This document shows positions 52,469-64,000 of a DNA stretch of 64,000 nucleotides, piece by piece; within the stretch, counting starts at the first letter, position 1; each line of letters starts with the position of its first letter. Both the position numbers and the translations under genes were made by a program. The DNA comes from Takakia lepidozioides (taxonomy: Eukaryota; Plantae; Bryophyta). Where the stretch lies: positions 55,738,001 through 55,802,000 of the forward strand of contig CM060732.1 in the NCBI GenBank assembly GCA_030704615.1. The letters run 5' to 3'. Under the pieces are notes generated by a model. It did no database searches. It was not told where the DNA came from and saw only the letters and a list, made by a program, of their open reading frames with translations.

Positions 52469-55400
52469 AGCTGCTGTTTTCTACTTAAAGCATCAGCCAC
52501 CATATTGTCCCATCCTGGTTTGTACTGGATATCCATGTCGAACACCGCCAAAGTGTCTTGCCACCTAAGTTGTTTTGGGGACAACTTAGGCTGCGTGGCA
52601 AAATACTTCACCGTGACATTGTCCGTGAACACCTTCACCGGGTTGGAACCAACATAGTGGCGCCAAAGCTCAAGGCAATGCACCACCGCCTTCATCTCTT
52701 TCTCGTGCGTTGGCCACCGTCGCTCCACTTCATTCAGTTTCTTACTTTCTTAAGCCACTGGACGTCCATCCTGCATGAGTACACCTCCAATCGCGAACTC
52801 CGACGCATCCGTATGAATCTCAAATGGGCGGTTGAACTCCGGGATTTTCAGGACTGGAGCTTCCGCCATCGGCTGCTTCAACTCGACAAAAGCTTGGCCA
52901 CAAAAGGTGTTCCATACCCATACCTTGGATTTACACAGAAGGTCTGACAACGGCCCCGCGATCTTGGCGAAATTTCTCACATACTTTCGGTAATAGGAGG
53001 CGAGTCATAAGAAGGATCGCACTCCCGGGAGCGAAGTTGGAGGCTCCCAGTCCAAGATCGCCCTCACATTTTTGTCATCCATTTTTATCCCATCCTGTGT
53101 AATCACATGCCCCAGGAACTCCACTTTTGTGACCCCGAATTCGCACTTTGAAGCTTTGGCATACAGCTTCCCTTCCCGTAATTTCTGGAACACCCTTTTG
53201 AGGTGCTCCAGGTGCTCTTCTTTTGTTTTCGAGTACACCAAGATGTCGTCGATGTACACGATCACAAAGTCGTCCAACCACTCCTGGAAGAGGCTATTCA
53301 TTAGCGTGCTAAAGGCTGCGGGTGCGTTTGTGAGCCCAAAAGACATCACCAAGAACTCATATGAACCATACCTTGTCATGCACGCGGTCTTCTCCTCATC
53401 TCCTTCCGCCACTCGAATTTGATGATACCCGGAGCGCAAATCGATCCGGCTGAAATACTTCGCTCCTGCCAACCAATCGAAGAGGTCGTCAATCCTTGGC
53501 AAAGGGTATCGGTTTTTTATAGTCACCTTATTCAGAGCCTTGTAATCGACACACATCTGCAGCGTCCCATCCTTCTTGTCTACGAATAGCACCGGGGCTC
53601 CGTAAGGTGATTTACTCGGCTGGATGTACCTCTTTGACATTAGATCCTTGAGCTGAGTCTTCAACTCGACCAACTCTCTGTGGCTCAACCGGTAGGGCGC
53701 CTTGGCAGGCGGCTCTGATCCCGGTATCACCTCAATCTTGTGGTCAACTCCTCTTCGCGGTGGCAAGCCGCTTGGTAAATCCTCCGGCATCACATCCTGG
53801 TATTTCTCCAAAATCCTCTTGATCCAATCTGGGCTCGGCTCCCTATCGCCTTCTCCCTTCACTTGTCTCACGTAAAGTAAAAACTGGGGCTCGTGTGGCT
53901 CCTCCACGGCCCACTCCTTTGTTGACAACAAGTTTATTTGCCCTCCCACTGGGTTGGGCGTTTCCGACACTCTTAAAACTTCGCCACCATTCTCACACGG
54001 TAGCGTGACTACTCTCTTGCGGCCATATATAACCGCTCCGGATTTGCTCAAAAAGGTCATTCCCAAAATGAGATCTACTCCATCGATCTCGCAAATGGTG
54101 AAGTTATCTCGTCCCTCCCAACTCCCGAGCTGAAGAGGAACATCGAACACCAACCTCGTCGCCAATTGTGGTTCTCTTTTGGCAGAACACACCTCAATAG
54201 AGGCCCCCACATCACTTGTCGGGAGTCCCAGCTTCCGTGCCGTTGCCGGTGTCATGAAGAAGTGTGACGCTCCTGTGTCGACACGTTAGATCCGGAGATT
54301 ATCCCACTCACAAACATTAATTGACTCCCTTTCCGCAAGGTGCCAGTTTCATGATACAACTCACAAGAGTAGTTGCCTACCTTGCAAGTCTTAGCGACCA
54401 CCGCCTCCACCAAGTGGCTGATGGAAGCTTCGGACAACTCCGTGGTTGCCCGAGTCAAGTTCAATTGTCGGGGATTCGTACACTTCTTGGCCATGTGCCC
54501 AGGCTCCCCACAATTGAAGCACACTCCATCGAAGGTCGCCTTTTGTCCGCCATAAGGCATTGCACCTGATTTTCCTTTCGGAGCACCGGGTGTCGTCTTG
54601 GCGTGTGAAGGCCTTCCCTTCGATTTCCACGTGCCATTGTCGCCGCGTGGCCTATCCCACTTCTTTTCCGGTCAAAATGAGTCACCCTCCCGCCGGGTCT
54701 TCTTATAGTTTAGCTCCGTACGGCCTTGTCTTTCGCCCTTAGGGACATCCGAGAAACATTCAGCCCTCTCAATTGCCTCGTTCAAAATCTTAGGTGGCTT
54801 CTCCTCCAACTTCCATCTGGCCCATGGGACCAGTCCCGCCACAAAGTTGAAGACCATTTCTGGTTCTGCCATGTCCGCGACTTCGAGCAACAGCACATTG
54901 AAAGCCTGAACATATCCCCGAATGTCATCCGTTTGTTTCAGATTCATCATCTTGTCCCGGGCGAGCCAGGACGCGTTGAGGGGCACAAACTGTCTCTTCA
55001 TCAGTTCCTTGAACCCACTCCAGTTCAAGGTTTCCGGGTTTGGACCTCGATCGTGAAGGCGTTTCTGCCACCATTGTTGAGCATAGCCCCTCAAATAGGT
55101 AGGAGCCACTTCCACCTGATCCTCGTCACTCAACTTGGCCGCCCGGAAGTACTGCTCTAGCTCCAAGAGCCAGGTGTTGAGTGCCTTCCGATTTTGGACG
55201 CCCTCGAAGGTTCCGGGTTCCTTAGGCTTCACCTTAAACTTTGCCTTAGAAGTGGCATTAGCCGCCTTCAACACGTCTTTCAACGTCCCGCCAAACTGCA
55301 CCAACAGGCTACTGGCATGGGAGGCATCTGTTGGTCTGTCGGAGCTCTCTGGAATTCCTCGGGCTCTGACTCCTCAGATTCCTCCTATTCTTGAGCGGCC

Positions 55401-55579
55401 TCATTTTCAAAAGCATGCATCGCTTCCTCAAATGGCTGCTTCGGTGACACGTCGCCCCCATCGGGCTCACCAGGATCATCATCTTTCGGGCTGTTCTGCT
55501 TTCGCTTTGGCTTGCCCGACCCCATGATGAGGCCGATCCCAAGGACAATCGCGTACTGAACTGTAAGCTCTGATACCAA
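52469..55579 (-). pseudogene. gag-protease-RT-RNase H of the gypsy element (frameshifted)
   Basis: ORFs 55304-54672, 54560-54252, 54255-53005, 52980-52750 and 52728-52469 carry the canonical motifs. Confidence 0.9.
55567..55578 (-). promoter_or_regulatory. Primer binding site for initiator tRNA-Met
   Basis: TGGTATCAGAGC 2 nt inside the 5' LTR boundary. Confidence 0.9.
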
Positions 55580-55580
55580 G

Positions 55581-56193
55581 TGTCGCGCACCTCACTTCAG
55601 TAAGCTCCCCTTCAAGTCATAGTTACTCGCTCTGATGCGCGCGCCTAACTCCCTAACTGGCCGCCGGGCCAATTCGGAGCTTCGGCTGCTCACCGGGACA
55701 TAACGGTCCCCCTTTACTCCTCCACAAGACCCTCTCCCAATTTGGGCCTAGTGGAAATTCCCTTTGGTCGATGGCAGTCTAGAATAGCTCCACACACCTT
55801 GGTCGCTTTCCGGCTCGCACGCTTACTCACTAGTTTTTGATCACCAACGGGCTTGCACCATTCTCGGGGTTACCACTCCCTATATATACTTCTGTGACTG
55901 TCCGTGGGGGTTTCATAAACAACCATGCCATTTTATGGCGAACCACCACGGTCCCTGTGGACCGTGATGAGTCCCAAGACTCCCCACGACTCCCACCACA
56001 AGGTCTCTGCCCCCATGGTGAGTCCTATGCCACCCCCACTAAGTCCCACTAAGCTACCACCACCCCTCGTGGAACCACCCCTACCGCAACCCGGTGTGCG
56101 GGGCTCCACCTAGTGAGCGCCTCCGCTTCCTTGAGTGCCTTGGGCACTCAAGGGTGCTTTAGCCCCCGCATCTATTGTTGCCACTGCCCCCAC
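55581..56193 (-). repeat. 5' LTR (outer ~50 bp missing, plus an internal deletion)
   Basis: Aligns with the 3' LTR until ...CCACTGCCCCCAC at 56193, then switches to unrelated sequence. Confidence 0.9.
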
Positions 56194-57219
56194 ATGAAAG
56201 ATCCCGGTTGCATGTAAGTACCATGAGAAATGGAAATGGTGCTACAGGCATCCCACCAGGCTGAATTTTGGATAAACGATTTGAAATGGATACTAAAAAA
56301 AGTCGAATTGGTGAAGGAAAGTAGGTAAATAATCAAGGGCTGAATTCATGATAAATGATTTCAGATAGATACTAAGATAAAGAATTCTTGAAGGACCATA
56401 ACAATACAAAGCCTGCTTTCCTACATAGTCAGCAACACCACATGCCACATGTCATGCAGAGCTGACTGCCCCTGACATAGAAGCCTGTGCCAACTATTTC
56501 ATACCTTCATTCAGTTGGCATTGAACGGTTTGGATACAAATCTTGCAAACTCTCTCGATCCGACCATTGATTAAGAACAACTATTAGCTTCATAACAAGA
56601 AGGATAATTGGCCTATTTATTCATTCAATCAGCACCTTGGATTTGGCTTCTTCCAATGCCTTAAGACAATCTGTTCAGAAACTAAATGAAGTAGAATTTT
56701 GAAGATGAAAGACCCCAACCAACCGGATTCAAAACCAACAAATTCGCTGGATCTCTCAAGCATTCCTCCCTCATCTTAAGCCTTTTCCATTGATTGTGGT
56801 AAAGAACCAAGGGTTGAAGTCAAAGAGAGTCAGAGAGAGCGGAAAACAATGATGTAGAGCTTCAAATCAAATGAGGACATCAAAATATCTTATTGATGTC
56901 CATGCAAGAGACAATGAAGAAGCTAGTTAAGAAACTCTAAGTCAATCGTTGTTATGGTTCATTCGAACAAGTATGGTCTTGGTTGTGAGGGAATGTCTCA
57001 TCAACCAATGTTCTCTTCTTTGAATTCCACAACGATTTGGCAATAAAAATCTTCTAGCCACTATCTCATTTGCACTTTTCCTTCCTGATTGCATGACAAC
57101 TTCATATCTTTTGCCCGCTTCCTCTTTCATTCGCTCAAGCTCCTCCCTTGAGTTGTCTTCAGCTCCACGTAGATTAGAGAATGAATTTCCAGCTATGGCA
57201 TCTATTTTTGTGCAAGATT

Positions 57220-57900
57220 GTCCGCATTGAATTTGTTCCCATGGACAATACATATATTATGTAAAATGAGATATGCTCCAACAATTTCAGGGACTAACTT
57301 GAGATTCACATCTAACCTTTTCAGTAATATTCTTCACCGTCCCTTTAATAGACCAAAAGCTATTTCTATGCACATCTTGGTGCTACTCTGAATGAAGTTC
57401 CAATTATAATGTTCTTTGGAAAGACCATCATTGTGACATTGAAATGGTGGCTATATCCATGGACGTGTGGGATAAGCTGCATCCCCAACCAAAGCATACG
57501 GTGCTAATGTTGCAGTTTCACAAAATTTCCCAATTGTTGTATGACCCCAGAGATTTGCATCATACATTGAACCAGCCCACCCTATGTCATAGTCCCAAAG
57601 CATACACTTACTTGTAACTATTCCCTAAAGTAAACTGAATGAAACCCCTTGCGATTATAATAGTCCGCAGCATGAAGGTGAGGGGAGATGATATGAATAT
57701 GAAAGCCATCCACTTTTTGGTTTTCCGAGACAGATGCAAGTGAAGACGTTGTGAGTGAAGAAGCGGGTTGGGCATCATAGCCATGGACAATCGAAGAAGA
57801 GCCCTGATTGTCGCCCTCGTATGCTAGATAGCCATGTACATAATGCGTGAAGTGAGCTCTTACCTGCAAGAAGCTCGGATTGTATTGCATCATCAGAGTG
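57220..57900 (-). mobile_element. PIF/Harbinger DDE transposase relic
   Basis: Minus-strand translation DGFHIHI...DYYNRKGFHSV / GIVTSKCMLWDYDIGWAGSMYDANLW...YALVGDAAYP...WI*PPF...NFIQSSTKMCIEIAFGLLKGR*RIL...LHNIC, with stops and a frameshift. Confidence 0.9.
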
Positions 57901-58911
57901 CTCCACCTATATATGAAATACCATGTAGTGCTTCAAATTCATAAGCATATTTTTCCATCATGGAAGGTGAAGGCTCGTTGGCAGGAAAGAAGAGCGGTCG
58001 TTTTGTTCTCATCGTTTTTGCGCCGACTTATCTATACCCAATTGTCGGTTGTCTGGTAGTCGGTTTTTGGTTCTTGCTGACATATATGTCATCGCTCAAA
58101 AAAAGTCCTAGCCAGGGACTTCCACGTCATTGTTTTTCGTTGCCACTCATGTGGTAAGGGCCTTAAGCTAGGCACAAGATGTCTCTCAGTACATCACCCA
58201 CTCTTCTCATGCTACACCGTCTCTCAGTTTTAGTTTCCTGCTCCTCTTTAGGGTTCAGTGCACACCCATGATTCAAGCTTGTTGTTACTGTCAAAGTGAA
58301 TTTCTTCTCCTTTTTAATTTGACAAGCTTATTGCTAAGACTGTGTTTGGTGCTACCGGCCCATCATAATGCCTTCATGGCCTCCTTTCAGGTTATTTTTT
58401 CCATGATCCCTAATCTAATTTATATAATAATAATAATAATAATAATGGCCTTCTCTCCCCTTTAAAAAAATTTCAAAAATGGACATGGAGAATTGATGAT
58501 TATATCATTATAACTGTACAAATATTAGACTCTTGCTGACCTTATTGTGTATTTCAAGGACAATACAACTTTACATGTGAAGAACCACATTCAAGTTGTT
58601 CCCAGCTCACTAAATTATAAACTGAAATAAAGGTGAAGAATAGTAGGAGTTTATTTTTGGATCTGCAGACACAAGATCAGAATCAACAATTTTATTTTAT
58701 TGATCAAATTTTAGTCTTCTTAATCATATTTATTTATTTATTTATCCTCTTGTTTTTCAAACACAATTTTTTGAAGCAACAACGAGCATCCTCTTGCAAT
58801 ATTTGGTACATTCCCATCAGCGGACATAGAGGATGAGTGACCATATTCAATATTATGGTCTTCTTCAAGTTCCCGTTATTGAGTCTGGTCAGTCTGTCCA
58901 TACCAAGATAT

Positions 58912-59060
58912 GGACAACCAAGTTGTAGCCCAGTGGTAATGGGCACATACCACCTCGGAAGTGGTTGTGGGTTCAATACACCGATTGGTGTCACAAAGAG
59001 GTAGGTATCCACCTTCCTGCTGGAAGGCAGTAGCCCTTATGGGTGAAGAGACACCATAAT
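58912..59060 (+). repeat. tRNA-headed SINE-like element, copy 1
   Basis: A box TAGCCCAGTGG, B box GGTTCAATAC, body CCACCTTCCTGCTGGAAGGCAGTAGCCCTTATGGGTGAAGAGACACCA. An inverted copy lies at 59951-60087. Confidence 0.7.
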
Positions 59061-59416
59061 TTACACTTCCTTTGGGAGGGAGGCCTCATATATCATTATT
59101 GCAAAGATATGGCTACACGGTTAGCGGTGTAGGTGTGGAGCATTATATGCGTGAGCATCTGGGCAATATGTGGAAAGTGCACAAATTCCAGGGGCTGGGT
59201 GGATTGTGCATAGTTGTAGGTAGTTGCCCCTACGACCGCCATCATCGTTGCTCCGGTCCAATCAATCGACATTTCTTATGTGTGCTTAGTATGTTGGTTG
59301 TATGAAAGTAATATCAATATGAAAGAAACCTACACCGGGTATTGTCCTATAGTATAATAGTATGCTGTTGTATAGGAGTTGACTTAGCCCAATAAGTAAG
59401 GCTTCTCAATCAAAGA

Positions 59417-59600
59417 TAATAGCATGTGTGGTTGCGGCGGCCCGTTTGTGGCAGAGGGTTGTGGAGGGTGGGTGCGCCCCTTACCGGACCTAGCGAATAT
59501 GCTAGTGGGTCTGGCCGGCAAGCAAGCTATATGCTTGGGCCCACAAAACACATAAAATATACTAGTGGGGCCCATAGGTGCATTGAAGATGCTATTATTA
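59417..59600. mobile_element. MITE-like element related to the terminus at 30170-30340
   Basis: Right end TGCATTGAAGATGCTATTA. The left part GTGTGGTTGCGGCGGCCCG...GGAGGGTGGGTGCGC...GGCCCACAAAACAC is an inverted match to 30175-30315. Confidence 0.6.
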
Positions 59601-59950
59601 AAAAATGAGAGGCATTAGTAAGAATATGTTAATTGAAAATAACTTATTATTTAGCCAACAAAGTTTGTCTAAAAAAAACTGTTGATTGGACAAACATTCA
59701 ATACATGTTTAATTTTTCTAGTTTTTCCATTTGGCTAAGAGTATGTAATTGGTTAGTTTGGAAACAAATTTGTAGTTGTATCCAAATAATTCATTGGATT
59801 ATGTTTGAAAGAAATGTAATTCTTAAGGAAAAGATACAATTGCGCCTTCATTGCAATGGAAAAAGTGGAGAAGACAATCGTTCATGTCGACAAGTTCCCA
59901 GTTTCAGCCTCCTATATCCTTAAGATTATTGGCTACACACTGAAGCTCCA

Positions 59951-60087
59951 ACTTGTGGTGTCTCTTCACCACAAGGGCTAGTACCTTCCAGTTGAAAGGT
60001 GGACACCTTTGACACACCAGACCGTGGTTTGAAGCCACAACCACATTCAACATGGTATTTGCCCACTCGGCTATTATGCTGGTTGTC
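59951..60087 (-). repeat. tRNA-headed SINE-like element, copy 2
   Basis: Minus strand GACAACCAG...TAGCCGAGTGG...GTGGTTGTGGCTTCAAACC...CCACCTTTCAACTGGAAGG...GGTGAAGAGACACCA aligns with 58912-59060. Confidence 0.7.
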
Positions 60088-62639
60088 AACAAAAATATTG
60101 TATATGGTAGGTGGGCATGTTTCCCAAAGGACCTACAGTCCATCTTGTCATAACAAACAGAGATTTTTTTGAAAAAATAGGAGATTAAATTTATCCAATC
60201 TAAAAGTCTTCTCTAAGGCTCGGCAGCTTGTAGCTAAGGATTTTTTCTTTTCCTTTTGAAAAAGGGGGCCTCCCGCCCAAACTTACCTTGTGACGGAAAC
60301 CGCATTTCGTTCGGGTATGCTCCGGTGTCCCAACTTCTTTGGAAGGAAAAAATCAAAATCCTCCATGCAGCATCTAGCCCAGTAGTGAAAGACGGAGTGG
60401 GTCCGGGGTGAAGGCCTCACCAAATTTGTTTTTCCTTGGATCTCCGTCCCCCTCTTTTTTTTTTTTCTTTTCGGGTCCCCATTTTTCTTTTCCCTTTTAT
60501 TGAAAGAATAGAAAGGTGACAAATGTTTATATCAATAATTAACCTGTTGATTGTAACCACTAAACGCCACAGCCCCCTCATTTTTTCTCAAGTAGGCCCG
60601 CCGTCCAGTCCACTGTAACAAAAGCCGAGTTAGTTGGCCCAACTCACTGCGTCTGACACAATGATCAGTGCCCGAAAGGAATCTATTCTAGATGTGCGTG
60701 AGGAATTGAATGCATGCGCACCATCATTCCAAGGCACGCACCTTCAAGCACTTTGGTGTGTGATGTCACTCCATCTCTCAGTCTTTTGGTAAGCTTACTG
60801 GAGATCCAATGGCAACGTGTTGGAAGCAATGGGATAAAGCCCTCGCATCGGATCCGTCATGTCTGGTTGGCGTCTAACTTAAACTTTTTCCCTTCTGTGT
60901 CGCTTCCCTCACTCTTTGCTTGTCCGCGATTGTGTGGGAGATTGTTTGCGATGTCATTGTGGCTTGCATATGCAAAGTTTTCGCTGTATCTCTATCTGTA
61001 TATCGGCAATACATGAAGCCTGTTGAGAAGTTTGCAGACTGTAGACAAGATCAACTACATTGTAGTGGCGTCTGCAATGTGTTCGAGTTAACTAGTGCTT
61101 TGGGGAATATTGACATCATTCCGATGCAATGTTGTTGCGGTGAACAAGGATCCATGCTTCAAATACAACTTGAGCCATATTCACTGGAGTTTGTCGTGTC
61201 ATGCTGATGCAGTCTCGTTATTTGGGACTATCCCAACAGCAACTGAAGTCTGTGAAGCATCTACAAAGATTCGTACCGCCTATCGTATTTTGTAGAATTC
61301 ACTCATAGTATGAAGCATCACGAAGCTCTACACATGTACACGTACCCAATTGATTGAAATTGAAAATGAACCGAAAGTGGAGTGGACATGTATGTAAGTT
61401 ATCTGGCCCACGCATGGAGGTGAGTGGCGAATGCATGTTGGCAACTTGGCGATAGCAGGAAGGACGTTTCTAGTTTCTACTTAGTGTTAAGTTATGCAAG
61501 TAGCTTGATTTTTACTTACCTTCCAGTAAGGGTAAATAGAAATGAGAAGATTACCTATTCTCTGAATAAGAATAAATTGTTTATATTCAGGGGGGCGGTG
61601 TTCCCTTTTTCATCCTGAGTCCATGGTTGTACTCGAGGTTATGTTTTCCTCACCCATGTTTAACAAGCCTACAACGGCAATGGGCTCTCTTGCTTTGGCA
61701 AAAGATAAGCAGAAGGTGAGAGTAAGGGGCATGACTCAGCCCAATCGGAGGAATCGGAGCCTTGACACGGTGTAAGGTCCTTTGACCACATTTTCTTCAT
61801 TGACTTCAACATGTTGCAAAGTCTCTCTATGCAAGAGAGCCAATAAAATTCGGGCCCTTCCATCGGCCTTCCTCAAAAAATAAATAAATAGTTTATAGCC
61901 ACTTGTTTATCCATTAAATAACTTGGTAAACAAGCGGTAGTCGCACATGGCTCCTCTTTGTGAATAGTAAAATCTACTTCCACCCATAATAAACTTGAGA
62001 AAATCATCAAATTATTTTTCATAAATTGTTCAATAAGAGAGATGGTACCTGAAAAGGTGCTACCTGGAGGCACAAGGAGTGTCACTAGGGGAAGGCACAA
62101 TAGGGACTTAGCGATTTTTGACACCGATGCGTAGTCTCTTCTTTAGAATAAAGAGGAGCCAATAGATTTTTGACAATTTATTTATCCTCCTAAAAAGGTC
62201 AATCTTGTGAAGATTCCACCTTCCTGCCTGTTCGACATACAGATGGATGAAGATGGATACTTCCTTGGAGTAATGAAGATGAGCTGGATCTGCTTAGACA
62301 TTATATAATTAGTTGTCATTCCAGCATGGCCTAGATTAAGATGAGGTTAGGATGGCCCAAACATGAGTTGGCATCTTTCAGTGGTTGTGGATCAAGATCT
62401 GGCTATCCAATAGGACGAGGCCACATGACCTTGTGGATAGAATCTTACGTTTTGTGTCTCATAAACCTGGAGGCAGAAGCTGACCGGGCAGTGTGTTATT
62501 TTGGTGTTCAACAGTATACGGTGGCTTTGGATGAACTGTTTGTATCATTGGATCTTTCCAACCCTACCAAAATTGCGGCCTCTATCTAACCCCAAGTGCA
62601 ACCTCCAGCACATGAGGTCCTTGTCCTAAGTGATTTCGT

Positions 62640-63350
62640 AATTTAGTTGAATTTTCAGTGACCAAAATTGTTTGTAATTCCATAAGTCTCGGCCTGTAGG
62701 TCCAAATTTTGTGAAACCAAGTCGCTGCACCCCTAATCATCGAGGGCTTTCCAACGGTACTAAAATCATGGCCCAAGGCCCTGTGGTTGGGGAGATCTCA
62801 ACGACACTATAAACAATATTGTGAACATCAATATTTTATAAAAGCCCAATTTACATTTACATCCACATCCACAAAAGACAAATGAAGGGCCAAAAAGGGT
62901 TGGCCCAATCGTCCACTATCTATCTAAGTCCAGTCTTATGTATCCACAGACCCTGCAATTTGGGAGATCGGTTTGGGAGATCTCCACGTCATTGTTCCAG
63001 CAAAGCACTCTTTGTTATTTTTGCATTATCCCCTCTTGAGGCTTAATATATTGATATATCCTTTGCTATTTTTCGTGAATTTCCATCGACCAAAAGTACT
63101 CCAAATTCCAAATCTCCCATGTGAAGGGCCAATCACTGCCCAAGGAAAGCCCACTTTGCTATTTTTCCCGAATTTCTAGCAACCAAAAGTACTCCAAACT
63201 CCATATCTCCCACACCGTAGGTCCAAAAATTATGAGACCAAGCTGATGCACCCCTCCCCATGGGGGGCTTTCCAACGGCACCAAGCACCAGGGTTGGGCC
63301 CCCGTGGTTGGGGAGATCTCAACGACGCTACAAAACGAAACGTCTCGCTT
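62640..63350. repeat. Internally repetitive non-coding element (probable transposon subterminal region)
   Basis: Direct repeats GGGCTTTCCAACGG...GTGGTTGGGGAGATCTCAACGAC at ~62744-62805 and ~63265-63326. AAAAGTACTCCAAA.TCCA.ATCTCCCA occurs at ~63092 and ~63185. Confidence 0.6.
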
Positions 63351-63397
63351 CATATATTGATCATAAAAAATCTATGGTGAATATGAATAAAAACTTC

Positions 63398-64000
63398 AGA
63401 GAGAGAGAGAGAAGACTCCGGCCAAGGCCGGCATAATTAAGAGCCACTTCGCCTTGCGGCTACTGCCCCCTTTCGGGGGTTGGGCCTATAACAAAAAGTG
63501 TCCAGGGAGACACTAGGTGACCGCTAAGAATAGAGGGGGCGAGGGTACCCAGGGGACCTAAGGTGCGTTTGAAGTGCCGGATTGCGTTTGTTGGTGATAA
63601 TAGTTGTGAGTGAACGGAGTACTGTGAGATGGATTTCCTTGAAACATTTGTGGATGGGAAGAATGGGAATTTGGAAGTTATCGTGTATGTCCGTGATACT
63701 GGCGTTATGAATGCCACCTCGAGTTCTGGCTGTGATGACAGTTAACGGGCCGGTTTTCCAGCCACACCTTCGGAGTGCAAGGATAAGCGGGGCATATTTT
63801 TGCTGTTTTTCTAAGATTGAATCATTTGGATAACGATCATGACAAAATGTGAATTCAATGAAATGAATGGTGAGTTGTGGGGATGGTGAGGTGGGGGGTA
63901 AAGTGTTGATAGGTAGACCTTGGACGAGGAGTATGTCCGAGCAAAGTCGAGCTCTGGAAACACCGTGCTATCCAAGCTCCCGACGGCCTGTCTTCATCAT
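63398..64000 (-). mobile_element. 3' end of a non-LTR retrotransposon with a restriction-like endonuclease (RLE; possibly Dualen/RandI-like)
   Basis: Open frame without a start codon, ~63967-63522: RLCSDILLVQGL...TIHFIEFTFCHD...EKQQKYAPLILALRRCGW...LTVITARTRGGIH...IITNKR. This fits the RLE pattern (P)D...IE.T...D...K..KY..L...GW...RG. It is followed by a hairpin-rich 3' UTR and a (CT)n tail at 63398-63412. Confidence 0.75.

Larger units (their letters stand above)
48654..56193 (-). mobile_element. Ty3/gypsy chromovirus LTR retrotransposon (Galadriel-like), decayed
   Basis: 3' LTR 48654-49366 (TGTCGCG...CGCGACA) with the PPT adjacent at ~49367-49380. 5' LTR 55581-56193 with its outer end truncated. 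PBS TGGTATCAGAGC at 55578-55567. gag 55579-54672; CCHC CFNCGEPGHMAKKC; protease VDTGA; RT 54255-53005 (YIDD); RNase H TDAS; integrase and chromodomain 51763-50264 (YEVEAVL...YLVKWKG...SW). Confidence 0.95.

Noticed and set aside
48665-56113. Pro/Gly-rich ORFs within the LTRs and antisense ORFs over pol
   Set aside because: By-products of GC-rich LTR sequence and shadow frames of real coding regions.
30075-58446. Microsatellites (AAATT)n ~30075, (AAT)n ~30585, (TA)n ~42752, (TAA)n ~58426
   Set aside because: Ordinary short simple repeats.

Overview
Eukaryotic nuclear DNA from a land plant. It is probably a non-seed plant such as a moss or lycophyte; this is inferred from the gene and TE families, not established. 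Intact-looking spliced genes are a group IId WRKY transcription factor (+, 2796-5336), DNA topoisomerase VI subunit B (TOP6B, +, 19 exons, 6469-20384) and three NPF/PTR transporter paralogs (one +, two -). A decayed PLS-class PPR gene with E/E+/DYW remnants lies at ~37-40.6 kb. Transposable elements are: an APE-RT-zinc-finger LINE (RTEX-like) nested inside an opposite-strand relative in TOP6B intron 14; about ten 3'-tail fragments of that LINE, two only ~30 bp long yet flanked by 17-18 bp target-site duplications (TSDs), almost all in or beside TOP6B; a second, (CT)n-tailed short repeat family; a hAT MITE with an 8-bp TSD; a chromodomain Ty3/gypsy element carrying a solo LTR of its own family inside pol; a Harbinger transposase relic; tRNA-headed SINE-like repeats; and, at the window end, the 3' end of a restriction-like-endonuclease (RLE) non-LTR element missed by the ORF track. 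The most notable signals are the tail-only retro-insertions stacking in pyrimidine tracts, the RLE LINE with its hairpin-rich 3' UTR, and different proton-coupling residues lost in different NPF paralogs. All calls were made by eye and no database searches were run.
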